IMG/VR virus record: IMGVR_UViG_3300036719_001118
Coordinates: 1 to 24,574 of that record
Source: a virus
Lineage: Duplodnaviria; Caudoviricetes
DNA: 24,574 nucleotides
Direction: 5' to 3' (one strand)
Positions within the stretch are counted from its first letter, which is position 1; each line of letters begins with the position of its first letter. A program made the translations under genes and the position numbers. The notes under the pieces were generated by a model that saw nothing but the letters and a program-made list of their open reading frames with translations, searched no databases and had not been told where the DNA came from. Of this stretch, positions 7,552-16,059 are shown piece after piece.

Positions 7552-7953
7552 ATGCGTCCAATCACGTTCAGCGTGCCAGGTGATCCAGTGCCGCAGCCAC
7601 GTCCGCGAGTCTCAACGCGGGGAGGCTTCGGGCGTGCATACGTCCCGAGCACGCATCCTGTGCACCACTACAGGAAATGTGTTGCTGCCTGTGCCGTCAA
7701 CGCTGGGCTCACGGCCACCGATCAGCCCATCAGCGTCATCATTGACGCGGTATTTGTCCGGCCTAAGTCTCACATGAACAAGTCAGGCATCAAGCCGGCT
7801 GCACCGCAGTTGCCAAGGCCCGATGTGGACAACGTCGCTAAGGCCGTGCTGGATGCCTTGCAAGACGTGATTGGCGACGACACCAACGTGGCACGTTTGG
7901 TGATTGAAAAATCCTACGGCACCGAGGCCCGCACAACGGTACGTATCCAATGA
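7552..7953 (+). CDS. rusA: RusA family Holliday junction resolvase
   Basis: VPGDPVPQPRPR, RPDVDNVAKAVLDAL, DDTNV catalytic aspartates. Confidence 0.92.
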   Translation: MRPITFSVPGDPVPQPRPRVSTRGGFGRAYVPSTHPVHHYRKCVAACAVNAGLTATDQPISVIIDAVFVRPKSHMNKSGIKPAAPQLPRPDVDNVAKAVLDALQDVIGDDTNVARLVIEKSYGTEARTTVRIQ

Positions 7954-8480
7954 GCAATGCCAGCCTGCACGATTACCTGCGTGACCACTGCCAGCTGCAC
8001 GACGTGTGGCACTACTTGGAAATCGGAGTGCGTGACGGCGATTCATTGCGGGTCGTGGTCGAGAACGGCCACGCGTTGCAATCTGTCTGGCTGTCCGATA
8101 CGTGGGGCGGCGAGTACGGCGGCACCAATCGTGGCAGCCACTGGCACATCGAAAAACTTCTGGACGAATTCCCCTTCTTGGGCCGGATCGCATTCCTAGA
8201 CGGCGACAGCCGAGTAACCATCCCAGCGTTGATGCCCCAAAAGGCTAATGCGTTCGACCTGGTGTTGGTGGACGGCGACCACTCTGCCGCCGGCGCCATG
8301 GCGGATCTTCAAAACGTCTGGCCGCTGGTCAGGCCAGACGGTTGCGTTGTTTTCCACGATACCAATCACCCGGCCCACCCTGAACTGCGGCAGGTGTTTG
8401 ACGCGTTCGTCGTTCAGCACAGGGCACCGCACATGGTGAACGACGCCGGCTATGGATTGGGTGTCGCATGGAAAAACTAA
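7950..8480 (+). CDS. Class I SAM-dependent methyltransferase (Methyltransf_24-like)
   Basis: YLEIGVRDGDS, FDLVLVDGDHS, LVRPDGCVVFHD. Confidence 0.88.
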   Translation: MSNASLHDYLRDHCQLHDVWHYLEIGVRDGDSLRVVVENGHALQSVWLSDTWGGEYGGTNRGSHWHIEKLLDEFPFLGRIAFLDGDSRVTIPALMPQKANAFDLVLVDGDHSAAGAMADLQNVWPLVRPDGCVVFHDTNHPAHPELRQVFDAFVVQHRAPHMVNDAGYGLGVAWKN

Positions 8481-9379
8481 CGGTTCCAGATTGGCTTGTG
8501 TTTCCTATGGAAATTTTTGCCGAAGACATGGAGCGGCACATTAAGCACGGGCTCACGGTGCTGGCACGCTCCAAGATCGCAATGGTTGGTCTTGCCAGGA
8601 ACTGTGCACCCAACCTTGAGCGGAACCTTGGCAACGCTCAGCACTTGGCACGGCTGTGCCGAGATTGGTGCCTGCACATCGAGGAAAACGACAGCACCGA
8701 TGAAACGGTGCAAGTTCTGTCCGACTACTGCCGCGACTTCCCCAAGGCCACGTTCACGTCACGGCGATTAGGTCGCAAGCAGTACAGCACAGAGTTTGCC
8801 GGTCGCCGCACGATCGCGCTTGCGGAGTACCGCACAGCGTGCCAACGGTGGGTGAAAGATTGTGCCGCAGACGCAGACTTCGTTGTGATGATTGATTGGG
8901 ACCAGTTTGCGTGGTCGCATCACGGCGTTGTGCACGGATTCGGCGCGATGGCAGAAACGCCAGACGCATCCGGCATGGGCAGCGTGTCACTGCTTGAGGC
9001 AAACGTGGCGGAAAGCGACGGGACGAACATTCGGCAGAAGCGTGGTTGGCTGCACTACGACTGCTGGACGCTGCGAATCAACACGTGGTGGGACGATTAC
9101 ACAGCCGGACAGGGTGCGTGGAAGCACCAATGGTTGCCGCCGGTTGGTTCGCCCCTAATTCCGGTGTGCACGGTATTTGGCGGGCTGGCGATCTACCGCA
9201 CCGCCGACTACCTGCAGGGAACCTATGACGGCACGACAGACTGCGAGCACGTGACGCTGCACAAGACGATTGGCGAAAGGACAGGCAAAAGGATGTACAT
9301 GAACCCAGCGCAACGCTGCGTGATGCAATTTCTACAGCCTGTCGAGGCCACGGATGGCGGGAAACACTGCGACGATTAG
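8468..9379 (+). CDS. GT-A fold glycosyltransferase (CAP59/GT69-like or GT2-like)
   Basis: GLARNC, ENDSTDET, RTIALAEYR, DxD (MIDWD), FGGLAIY, CEHVTLH, YMNP. Confidence 0.75.
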   Translation: MEKLTVPDWLVFPMEIFAEDMERHIKHGLTVLARSKIAMVGLARNCAPNLERNLGNAQHLARLCRDWCLHIEENDSTDETVQVLSDYCRDFPKATFTSRRLGRKQYSTEFAGRRTIALAEYRTACQRWVKDCAADADFVVMIDWDQFAWSHHGVVHGFGAMAETPDASGMGSVSLLEANVAESDGTNIRQKRGWLHYDCWTLRINTWWDDYTAGQGAWKHQWLPPVGSPLIPVCTVFGGLAIYRTADYLQGTYDGTTDCEHVTLHKTIGERTGKRMYMNPAQRCVMQFLQPVEATDGGKHCDD

Positions 9380-9731
9380 CCTGACGGCGTTTCGCGCCGA
9401 TTGGTTGACGCATATGCCGATGCGGTCGCTGTGTGATCGGTACACGATCACGCGTGACCAAGTCATCAGGCTGAAGCACGTCTGGTCGTTGCCGCCCAGG
9501 CATGACCGGCGATTCCGAGCCAAGCCGCTACGGCAGGCAGACCCAACGCCGGCCGAGATAGCAGCCGCCTGCATTCGCCTGCAGGCATCATGGGACGAAA
9601 AGACACGCGAAGACCGCCGCGTGCAAAAGACACAGCACGTGACGCTGCGAGTGGTGCCGATCTACGGCGACGAACTACGGCACGAACTGCCCGACTCGCA
9701 GAGCATTGCTGATGCAATGGACGATCAATGA
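9354..9731 (+). CDS. HTH protein with DPTPAEIA motif
   Basis: FRADWLTHMPMRSLCDRYTITRDQVIRLKHVWSLPPR HTH-like; paralogous layout to 5821-6108. Confidence 0.65.
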   Translation: MAGNTATISLTAFRADWLTHMPMRSLCDRYTITRDQVIRLKHVWSLPPRHDRRFRAKPLRQADPTPAEIAAACIRLQASWDEKTREDRRVQKTQHVTLRVVPIYGDELRHELPDSQSIADAMDDQ

Positions 9732-9997
9732 TCGAAAAGCCAGCAGACACCGTCTACCGCCGCATCGTCATCGAGTACGGGCAGGTGTACGCCTACGCGT
9801 ACTACCTGAACGAAAACGGAAAGATTTTGGCTGAAGAGTGCTGGAAGCAGCCCTTTCGGCTGGACCGCCGCGACGTGCAGGACGAGGCCGGCGATACGTG
9901 GGATCTGATCTACCAGCACCTGCAGGACACGGTGCTGTGGTCTGCAAGTGACGCCGAGGACCTGGGCAAGATGGAACCAGACCCACCAGAGGAGTAG
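9728..9997 (+). CDS. Hypothetical protein (89 aa)
   Basis: ATGA coupling; fills gap in operon. Confidence 0.65.
   Translation: MIEKPADTVYRRIVIEYGQVYAYAYYLNENGKILAEECWKQPFRLDRRDVQDEAGDTWDLIYQHLQDTVLWSASDAEDLGKMEPDPPEE
9942..9972 (+). promoter_or_regulatory. Putative late promoter CTGCAAG-N18-CAAGAT
   Basis: Motif recurs at 13864 and 19670 shortly upstream of gene starts. Confidence 0.35.
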
Positions 9998-9999
9998 CC

Positions 10000-10302
10000 A
10001 TGCCCAACTACGAAGCCACGCCAGAAGAACTTGCCCAGTACGGCGCCGGGCTGTCGATCTGGCAACAGATTGCGTTGCTGCAGGCGTGGTCGCCGCTGAT
10101 TGGCTACGGCCAGCGGTTCATCAACGAAATGGACCCGTACAAGCGTTCCGTCATCGTAAGCGAAGCGGCCGAATGGCTGGCATCCAAGACCAAGTCGCAA
10201 GCGGATGACCAATTGGTGCGATTGCTGGCTGACGTACTGAAGACAACGCAGGGCGAATCACTCGTGAGGTGGTGTCTTCTGCAGGTGGAGGCTAGCAGGT
10301 GA
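10000..10302 (+). CDS. Hypothetical protein (100 aa)
   Basis: GAGGAG RBS; GTGA overlap with next gene. Confidence 0.75.
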   Translation: MPNYEATPEELAQYGAGLSIWQQIALLQAWSPLIGYGQRFINEMDPYKRSVIVSEAAEWLASKTKSQADDQLVRLLADVLKTTQGESLVRWCLLQVEASR

Positions 10303-10907
10303 ATGCTGACACTGCATTTCGTGCCGCTGCCGTCATTGTGGCGGTGGTTCTGGCGGCTGCTCCCTACTGGCCGCAAATCAGTGCCGCCGCAGGTCGTGCG
10401 ATGGAAGCCGCAAAAGAAAAAGCCGGCCTGATCGGTCGTGTGGCCGCCATCGCACTTCTGTTGGCCGCTGCCTACGGCAAGGTGCCGCTGCCTGCCATGC
10501 CGTCTATGCCTGCTGCCGGCGTCAACGTGGAGACTCCCGCCGTGGAGATGCAGCAGTTAGTGCGGCCGGTGGCCGAGGCCATGCGGGAAATGCCGTACGG
10601 TGACCGGATGCTTTGGGCTGCCACGTGGAGCAAGGCAGCCGTGGTCGTAGCCGGCGATGCCGTCAGCACTGAGGTCGTGTTAACTGACACCAGATCGCTG
10701 CGACTGTTCACCACGCTGGCCCTAGACATTGCGTGGCGGCGGATCGGCCAGCACGTGCCAGGTGGCAACGAGCCGCTGCGGAAGGCCGTGGAAGCCGCCT
10801 ACGGGCAGGCCGTAGGCACTGACGTGGTGCCGGTCACTGCGGACGTGCGTGCCCGGTACGGAGCGTTTTCCAAGGCCGTGGCATGGGCCGGCGTCAACGG
10901 AGGCTGA
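10299..10907 (+). CDS. Membrane protein with two N-terminal hydrophobic helices and a helical soluble domain
   Basis: AAAVIVAVVLAAAPYW and VAAIALLLAAAYG segments; GGAGG RBS. Confidence 0.75.
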   Translation: MNADTAFRAAAVIVAVVLAAAPYWPQISAAAGRAMEAAKEKAGLIGRVAAIALLLAAAYGKVPLPAMPSMPAAGVNVETPAVEMQQLVRPVAEAMREMPYGDRMLWAATWSKAAVVVAGDAVSTEVVLTDTRSLRLFTTLALDIAWRRIGQHVPGGNEPLRKAVEAAYGQAVGTDVVPVTADVRARYGAFSKAVAWAGVNGG

Positions 10908-10910
10908 CGC

Positions 10911-11828
10911 ATGGCCGACTTCCTGCCATTGATGGGCTACTCGCCCAACCGTGAAGGCACTGACGCGTTTCTGGCGTCGTTGCCTAGGCCAACGCTGGCG
11001 CAAGCCGGCCCGGATCTCGCGCTGGATGAAAGCCGCGATGTGTTCCTTGGGTCGGCACTGCTGAAGTGCGACCCGTCGTGGAAGCGTGGTTCCCAAAAGA
11101 TCGGCAGTTGTGTCGGATGGGGCTGGAGCCTGTCGTGCGACATTCTCGCGGCCTGTGACATCTTGCTGCGGAATGAGCCAGAAACGTACGGCGGTCGCGT
11201 GCTCGAGGCCAGCGTGTACGGGTTCAGCCGGGTGGAGGTGAGAGGCCAGCGAAATCTAGGTAGCGATGGGTCTTACGGTGGCGCTGCCGCCAAGGCGGTC
11301 ACCAAGTACGGCACGCTGCACTACGGACAGGACTACGGCGGCCAGACATTCACCGACAACAGCGGCACGCGAGAGAAGGAATGGGGCCGGGACGGCGTTC
11401 CCGACGCATTGGAAAAGTACGCAGCCGAGCACACCGTCAGCAGCGTGGCATTGGTCAGGACGTTTGAAGACGCTGCCCGAGCGATCCAGAACGGCTATCC
11501 AGTGGCCGTGTGCTCCATGCAGGGCTTTTCCATGACGCTCCGCGACGGCGGCTACCTGTCGCCAATGGGGTCGTGGGCACATTGCATGATGTTTGCCGGC
11601 GTTCGATGGAAACCGTATCCGGCCGTGTTGTGCGTCAATTCATGGGGAGACTGCTACAGCGGCGACGTTGACACGGCGTTGCCAGTGCAGTTTCAGAGGT
11701 CTGCCGGCTGGGTGCGAGCCGAAACGTGCAGCCGGATGCTGTCCGGTGAGGATTCGTTTGCCCTGTCTGGCTACAGCGGCTTTGCACCACGGACGCTGCC
11801 CGCCAACTGGCTGGAGGGGATTCTGTGA
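10911..11828 (+). CDS. Papain-like (C1) cysteine peptidase
   Basis: QKIGSCVGWG (catalytic Cys), WAHCMMFAG (His), VNSWG (Asn); AIQNGYPVAV. Confidence 0.85.
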   Translation: MADFLPLMGYSPNREGTDAFLASLPRPTLAQAGPDLALDESRDVFLGSALLKCDPSWKRGSQKIGSCVGWGWSLSCDILAACDILLRNEPETYGGRVLEASVYGFSRVEVRGQRNLGSDGSYGGAAAKAVTKYGTLHYGQDYGGQTFTDNSGTREKEWGRDGVPDALEKYAAEHTVSSVALVRTFEDAARAIQNGYPVAVCSMQGFSMTLRDGGYLSPMGSWAHCMMFAGVRWKPYPAVLCVNSWGDCYSGDVDTALPVQFQRSAGWVRAETCSRMLSGEDSFALSGYSGFAPRTLPANWLEGIL

Positions 11829-12064
11829 GATACATGCTGCTTCCGCTGGCGATCGTGGCCGGCTGCGTTGCGACATTGCCAGACGATCACACGGTCACCG
11901 CAGACCTCGCGTGCGAAACGGCCCGCTTGGTCGTGCAGTTGCGTAACGAGATCGCCCCCAGCCCGGCAAGCGACGAGTGCGACAACTGCGATGGCACAGG
12001 CAAGATTGGCGATGGCCGCATTGTGCTGACCTGCCCTGTTTGCAAAGGCACTGGCAAGAAATGA
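11825..12064 (+). CDS. Small lipoprotein with two CxxCxGxG motifs
   Basis: Lipobox-like IVAGC after hydrophobic leader; CDNCDGTG and CPVCKGTG. Confidence 0.7.
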   Translation: MRYMLLPLAIVAGCVATLPDDHTVTADLACETARLVVQLRNEIAPSPASDECDNCDGTGKIGDGRIVLTCPVCKGTGKK

Positions 12065-12423
12065 ACGCCACAGCAGAGCCATCGGCCACGCTCGAGCAGT
12101 TGCAGGCACACGTCTGGCAGCGGCTTAGCCTGCAGAAGCACGTAGCCGGTAGACGCATTGTGGACCGGATCACAAGACGTGCCGTGCGTCAGTGGCCCGT
12201 GCCTGTGCTGCTGCAGTGTGACCCCGCCCAGGCCAACGTGGTGGGAACCTACTACACACGCACGATCACTAGGCAGTCACGCCAGGAATTCGGCATGGGC
12301 ATCATTCTGACGCTGATCCTCGGCGCTTTGGTGCAGGAAATTATCAAGTTGCTGGTGGCGTGGTGGATCGACCACCGCAGCGAAATGATTGCCATTGTGA
12401 GCAGGTGCAGCCATGACAGCTGA
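12061..12423 (+). CDS. Membrane protein (C-terminal TM helix)
   Basis: ATGA coupling at 12061; GMGIILTLILGALVQEIIKLLVAWW. Confidence 0.7.
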   Translation: MNATAEPSATLEQLQAHVWQRLSLQKHVAGRRIVDRITRRAVRQWPVPVLLQCDPAQANVVGTYYTRTITRQSRQEFGMGIILTLILGALVQEIIKLLVAWWIDHRSEMIAIVSRCSHDS

Positions 12424-12706
12424 GGAACTGAAGCAGGGCGTGCTTGACACGTTTCTGCGGATTGCTGATCGGTTTGGCGTTCCGTGCGTTGTGCTGGCCG
12501 TCGTGCTGTACTTCGGCCGCGAGGCTTGCCAGGTGCTCTACAGTGGGGCAGTTGAGCCCGTGGTGAAATCGCACATCGAGTTCTTAGAGGCCACGAGCGA
12601 AACGCTGCACGAGATTGGTGCCGTGCAGACACAGCAGGCGAAGACGCTGCAAGAATTGGCACAAGGCCAGCACGAAATCAAAACGGCCATTTCGCAGAGG
12701 AACTGA
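12413..12706 (+). CDS. Single-TM protein with coiled-coil tail (holin/antiholin/spanin-like candidate)
   Basis: RFGVPCVVLAVVLYFGR TM followed by heptad-rich C-terminus. Confidence 0.6.
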   Translation: MTAEELKQGVLDTFLRIADRFGVPCVVLAVVLYFGREACQVLYSGAVEPVVKSHIEFLEATSETLHEIGAVQTQQAKTLQELAQGQHEIKTAISQRN

Positions 12707-12709
12707 CGC

Positions 12710-13486
12710 ATGGCAATGAGCCCAAAGCTATTGCGCCCACGACAAACCAGCCAATTCGCCGCGCTGCGGAATGGGCTGGCAGGTTACTGGGCGTTTAACG
12801 AATCAGCCGCCAGCGGTGACGTGAGTGCGACGAACTATGTCACCGGTGGCGTGTCGCTTACGTCGGTGAATTCCGTGCCATCAACCACCGGCATTCAAGG
12901 AAACGCGAGAAACTTCACGACAGCCAACAGCGAACGACTCTATGCGTCCATCAGCGGCAATGCCAGCCTGACGCTTATAGGACCAACGGCGTTCAGTGTG
13001 GCCTTTTGGTTCCGTCCCAACGGCAACGCATCTGCCGCAAACACGTATGGACTGGTTTCCAACGACTCATTCCCAACGGAACGTGGAATGGCTATTGGCA
13101 TGCCATCAAGCGGGTCAACGTCGTGGAACATGCCGCATTTGTACATTTTTTACACGGACAACACCACCGACACGTACAACCCGTGGAACGGAATTCTGCC
13201 CGCCACCATTGCCAAGGATGTGTGGCACTTCATCTGTATTCGCCGGGACGGCAACACTGTTTCATCGACATTCAATGGCACTGCCGGCACTCCCATTACG
13301 CTGACTAAGACGCCGCGTGCATCGCGCACCAACCTGCATGTTGGAATTCGATATGGCACGTCTGGCGCCGGTGCGGACTTCTTCAACGGTGATGTGGACG
13401 AGCTTGCCATATGGAGCCGTGCCCTAAGCGATTCGGATGTGTCTAGCCTGTACAACAGCGGCGCAGGAATTGACCTGACAAAATGA
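12710..13486 (+). CDS. LamG-like / concanavalin A-like jelly-roll protein, likely virion-associated
   Basis: GLAGYWAFNE, FSVAFWF, WHFICI, FNGDVDELAIWSRALSDSDVSSLYNSG. Confidence 0.85.
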   Translation: MAMSPKLLRPRQTSQFAALRNGLAGYWAFNESAASGDVSATNYVTGGVSLTSVNSVPSTTGIQGNARNFTTANSERLYASISGNASLTLIGPTAFSVAFWFRPNGNASAANTYGLVSNDSFPTERGMAIGMPSSGSTSWNMPHLYIFYTDNTTDTYNPWNGILPATIAKDVWHFICIRRDGNTVSSTFNGTAGTPITLTKTPRASRTNLHVGIRYGTSGAGADFFNGDVDELAIWSRALSDSDVSSLYNSGAGIDLTK

Positions 13487-13851
13487 GCACACCAGCAATA
13501 GACGGCATGATTGCGGATCTGTGGCCCAATCTCGCAGCCGCCCAAGACGCGCACCACGCCGCGCACGGCGTGTACTTCCAATGCCTGTGGACGCACGCAG
13601 CGGCACCAGACACTGACGCAGCCCCTGATCTACAGGGCATTACGCCTGCCGGCCAGGCGGAAGTGCCAACAGACTGGTTGCCGCAATTGATTCGGGCACG
13701 CCTGTCAGTTGACACGTACGGCCAACCTGACGGCTGGACGCTGACAGCACAGGCAATCGTGGACGGGCAGACCGTGCTGCGAAGGTGTGACTGTGGCATT
13801 GATGGAACGCGGTCGTGCGAATGGCAAGTGCCGCAAGTGGCCCCTGACTGA
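13483..13851 (+). CDS. Hypothetical protein (122 aa)
   Basis: ATGA coupling with LamG gene. Confidence 0.65.
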   Translation: MSTPAIDGMIADLWPNLAAAQDAHHAAHGVYFQCLWTHAAAPDTDAAPDLQGITPAGQAEVPTDWLPQLIRARLSVDTYGQPDGWTLTAQAIVDGQTVLRRCDCGIDGTRSCEWQVPQVAPD

Positions 13852-13863
13852 CCGAAGCCTCTA

Positions 13864-13893
13864 CTGCAAGACACCACGTGCACCCCATAGCCT
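13864..13893 (+). promoter_or_regulatory. Putative late promoter CTGCAAG-N17-TAGCCT
   Basis: Intergenic; followed by AAGGAG RBS and ATG 13914. Confidence 0.45.
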
Positions 13894-13913
13894 AAGTACA
13901 AGGAGACAGCCAA

Positions 13914-14270
13914 ATGCCCGACGCCCAACTGTACCGCCGCACACGCACCGTCGATATCACCCTGTCCACGGCCACCTCGAGTGCCACCACGCTCAGGCTA
14001 GATGACATGGCAGGTGCTGTCGTGTCGTTTGGCACCATGTCCACCAGTGCCACCACGCTGCAGATGTGGGGCTGCGACACGGAAAGTGGCGCCTACAAGC
14101 GGGTGTACAAGGCCGATGGCAGCGTGGCTGACGTTACGCTGGCCCCCTCGACTGCGGCGGGCAGGATATACGCCATGCCCGACGAGGTGTACGCCCTGCC
14201 ATTCGTGAAGATCCTGAGCGCCCACACGGCGGCAACAGGCGTGGCTGGTGTCGTGGTGTTCAAGAGCTAG
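13914..14270 (+). CDS. Hypothetical beta-rich protein, possible capsid decoration/spike
   Basis: Strong RBS; Thr/Ser/Ala/Val-rich alternating beta pattern. Confidence 0.7.
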   Translation: MPDAQLYRRTRTVDITLSTATSSATTLRLDDMAGAVVSFGTMSTSATTLQMWGCDTESGAYKRVYKADGSVADVTLAPSTAAGRIYAMPDEVYALPFVKILSAHTAATGVAGVVVFKS

Positions 14271-14274
14271 GGCC

Positions 14275-14601
14275 ATGCCCCAGCGGATACCAACGCACAG
14301 GCCACTGCGTCTGCGTACGGCGCAACGCAGGGATGAGTCTGGGCGGCCCAATGCGGCGGCGCGTGGGTACTGCTCAATTGCGTGGTTCAAGATCCGCCAG
14401 GGTGTTCTCACACGTGACGCCTGGCAGTGCCAAGAGTGCGGCCGTGTGTGTGCGAACAAGCGCGAGGCGCACGTCGATCACATAACGCCGAAGGTGAACG
14501 GCGGCACGGATGACCTGGCCAACCTGCGTACGCTGTGTATCAGGTGCCACAGCCGCAAGACAGCACGGGAAACTCGGTGGGGAGGGCGGGTTGGATCGTA
14601 A
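14275..14601 (+). CDS. HNH endonuclease, HK97 gp74-like packaging cofactor
   Basis: AAARGY...W...R..VL.RD...CQECG...VDHITPKVNGGTDDLANLRTLCIRCHSRKT; position upstream of terminase. Confidence 0.9.
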   Translation: MPQRIPTHRPLRLRTAQRRDESGRPNAAARGYCSIAWFKIRQGVLTRDAWQCQECGRVCANKREAHVDHITPKVNGGTDDLANLRTLCIRCHSRKTARETRWGGRVGS

Positions 14602-14680
14602 CGACTCGCATTGAGCGAAACCACGGCGTTTCCTTCAAAATTTGTGCCCGCACCTAACGGCATGGGGGTAGGTACTGAAC
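14575..14680. other. Probable cos/packaging-initiation region
   Basis: Positional inference (between gp74-like HNH and terS in HK97-like phages); G-rich GGGAGGGCGGGT followed by non-coding DNA. Exact cut site not identifiable. Confidence 0.3.
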
Positions 14681-14682
14681 AT

Positions 14683-14701
14683 TTGACAACGTCCGCATTC
14701 T
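14683..14701 (+). promoter_or_regulatory. Putative promoter TTGAC-N8-CATTCT, 6 nt before ATG (leaderless)
   Basis: Identical geometry to 7527-7554. Confidence 0.45.
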
Positions 14702-14707
14702 GCAGGC

Positions 14708-15643
14708 ATGTCACTCACATGCTGCGATTGCGGTGCCGCGATTTCTCGGAGCGGCGTTCGCGGAAGAAACCCAAAGCGTTGCCCGAAATGCCGTTCAGCG
14801 TTTAGGGCTGAATCCGAGCGGTGCCGTGTTCGCCTGCGGCATCCAATCCATAAGCATGAGTGCCGAACGTGCCGAAAAAGTTTCTCCACGTTTCGGAAAG
14901 TGCAACATTTCTGCTCTTATTTGTGCATGCACTTGGGGCAAAGGAGCCGCGTCTTGATGCCATGCGGCGATCCGGCTTGCGCTAAGCAAGTTGAGAGAAC
15001 GCCTAGCAAGCTCGCTAAGGGCAAGGTGTACTGCTCCAACGCATGTGCAGAGTCGAGGTTCCCGCCACCGCATGTATGCCAAAACCCTAAATGTGGCCGT
15101 CGCTTCCGCATGAAGCACGTCACAAAGAACCCCTGGCAGAACAAGGGCAAGTATTGCTGCCCAGATTGTTACCGGGACCACCGCTGGGGAGATCATCGGC
15201 CTAGGAGGAAACGGAGCCCGCTGGCTAGGCGAGCGGCGGCCGACAAGGCGCTTGTCACCTCGCTTCGAAAGCGGTGCAAGGTGTTTGGCGTGACGTTCGA
15301 CCCGGCTTGCACGAGAGGTGCCGTGCTGGAGCGTGACGGCTGGAGATGCCAGAAGTGCCGCGTGTTGTGCAATAAAGAATATGTGCTAGATGCCGTCACG
15401 AAGTCTCCGCACAAGCTTAATGCAGAGCACGACCACATTATTCCGCTGTCCTCGCCAGGCAGCCTAGGAAACGTGTTTGAAAACTCGCAGTGCCTTTGTC
15501 GGCAGTGCAATGGAGCGAAACGCGATAAGCCAGAAGGACAGCTGCGGCTGTGCCTTGAGGAGGAAGCATGGGGCGCAGGGGTCCGCGTCCGCAGCCAACG
15601 GAACTCAAAATCCTGCGAGGAAATCCGGGTCACCGTCCTCTAA
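14708..15643 (+). CDS. Zinc-finger-repeat HNH endonuclease (homing-endonuclease-like)
   Basis: Four CxxC...(F/Y)CSxxC-type repeats, then VLERDGWRCQKC...EHDHIIPLSSPG...ENSQCLCRQCNGAK. Confidence 0.85.
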   Translation: MSLTCCDCGAAISRSGVRGRNPKRCPKCRSAFRAESERCRVRLRHPIHKHECRTCRKSFSTFRKVQHFCSYLCMHLGQRSRVLMPCGDPACAKQVERTPSKLAKGKVYCSNACAESRFPPPHVCQNPKCGRRFRMKHVTKNPWQNKGKYCCPDCYRDHRWGDHRPRRKRSPLARRAAADKALVTSLRKRCKVFGVTFDPACTRGAVLERDGWRCQKCRVLCNKEYVLDAVTKSPHKLNAEHDHIIPLSSPGSLGNVFENSQCLCRQCNGAKRDKPEGQLRLCLEEEAWGAGVRVRSQRNSKSCEEIRVTVL

Positions 15644-16059
15644 ACAAGGCCGAGCCACAGCCGCCGGCGGATGGCGTGGTGATGCCGTCGCACCTGGGTG
15701 CAGTGGCGGTCGACAAGTGGAACGAACTGCTACCGCTGCTCCAGGCGGTGCGAGTGATGACCCGTGCCGACATCGAAGCGCTGGCCAGGTACTGCGACAC
15801 CTACGAATGGTGGCTTGCGACGCGTGCAAAACTCAAGGCGGAAGGCGACACGTACCCGATTCTGAATGACAAGGGCGACGTGAAGTACATCGCACAGCGG
15901 CCCGAGGTATCGATAGCAAACAAATTAGCGACGCAGCTGCGGCAGTTAGAGAGCGATTTTGGCTTGTCTCCTGCAGCCAGAACGAGCCTCAAGGTTGAGC
16001 CGGATGCCAAGGAAGAAAGCACGTTGGCCAAGTTCCTTGCCCGTCGCGCGAAGGCGTGA
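15568..16059 (+). CDS. terS: Terminase small subunit (P27 family)
   Basis: MGRRGPRPQPTELKILRGNPGHRPLN...LESDFGLSPAARTSL; GAGGAGG RBS. Confidence 0.93.
   Translation: MGRRGPRPQPTELKILRGNPGHRPLNKAEPQPPADGVVMPSHLGAVAVDKWNELLPLLQAVRVMTRADIEALARYCDTYEWWLATRAKLKAEGDTYPILNDKGDVKYIAQRPEVSIANKLATQLRQLESDFGLSPAARTSLKVEPDAKEESTLAKFLARRAKA

Noticed and set aside
12648-12680. CTGCAAG upstream of the LamG gene
   Set aside because: No NANNNT hexamer at 17-18 nt spacing, so not counted as a promoter copy
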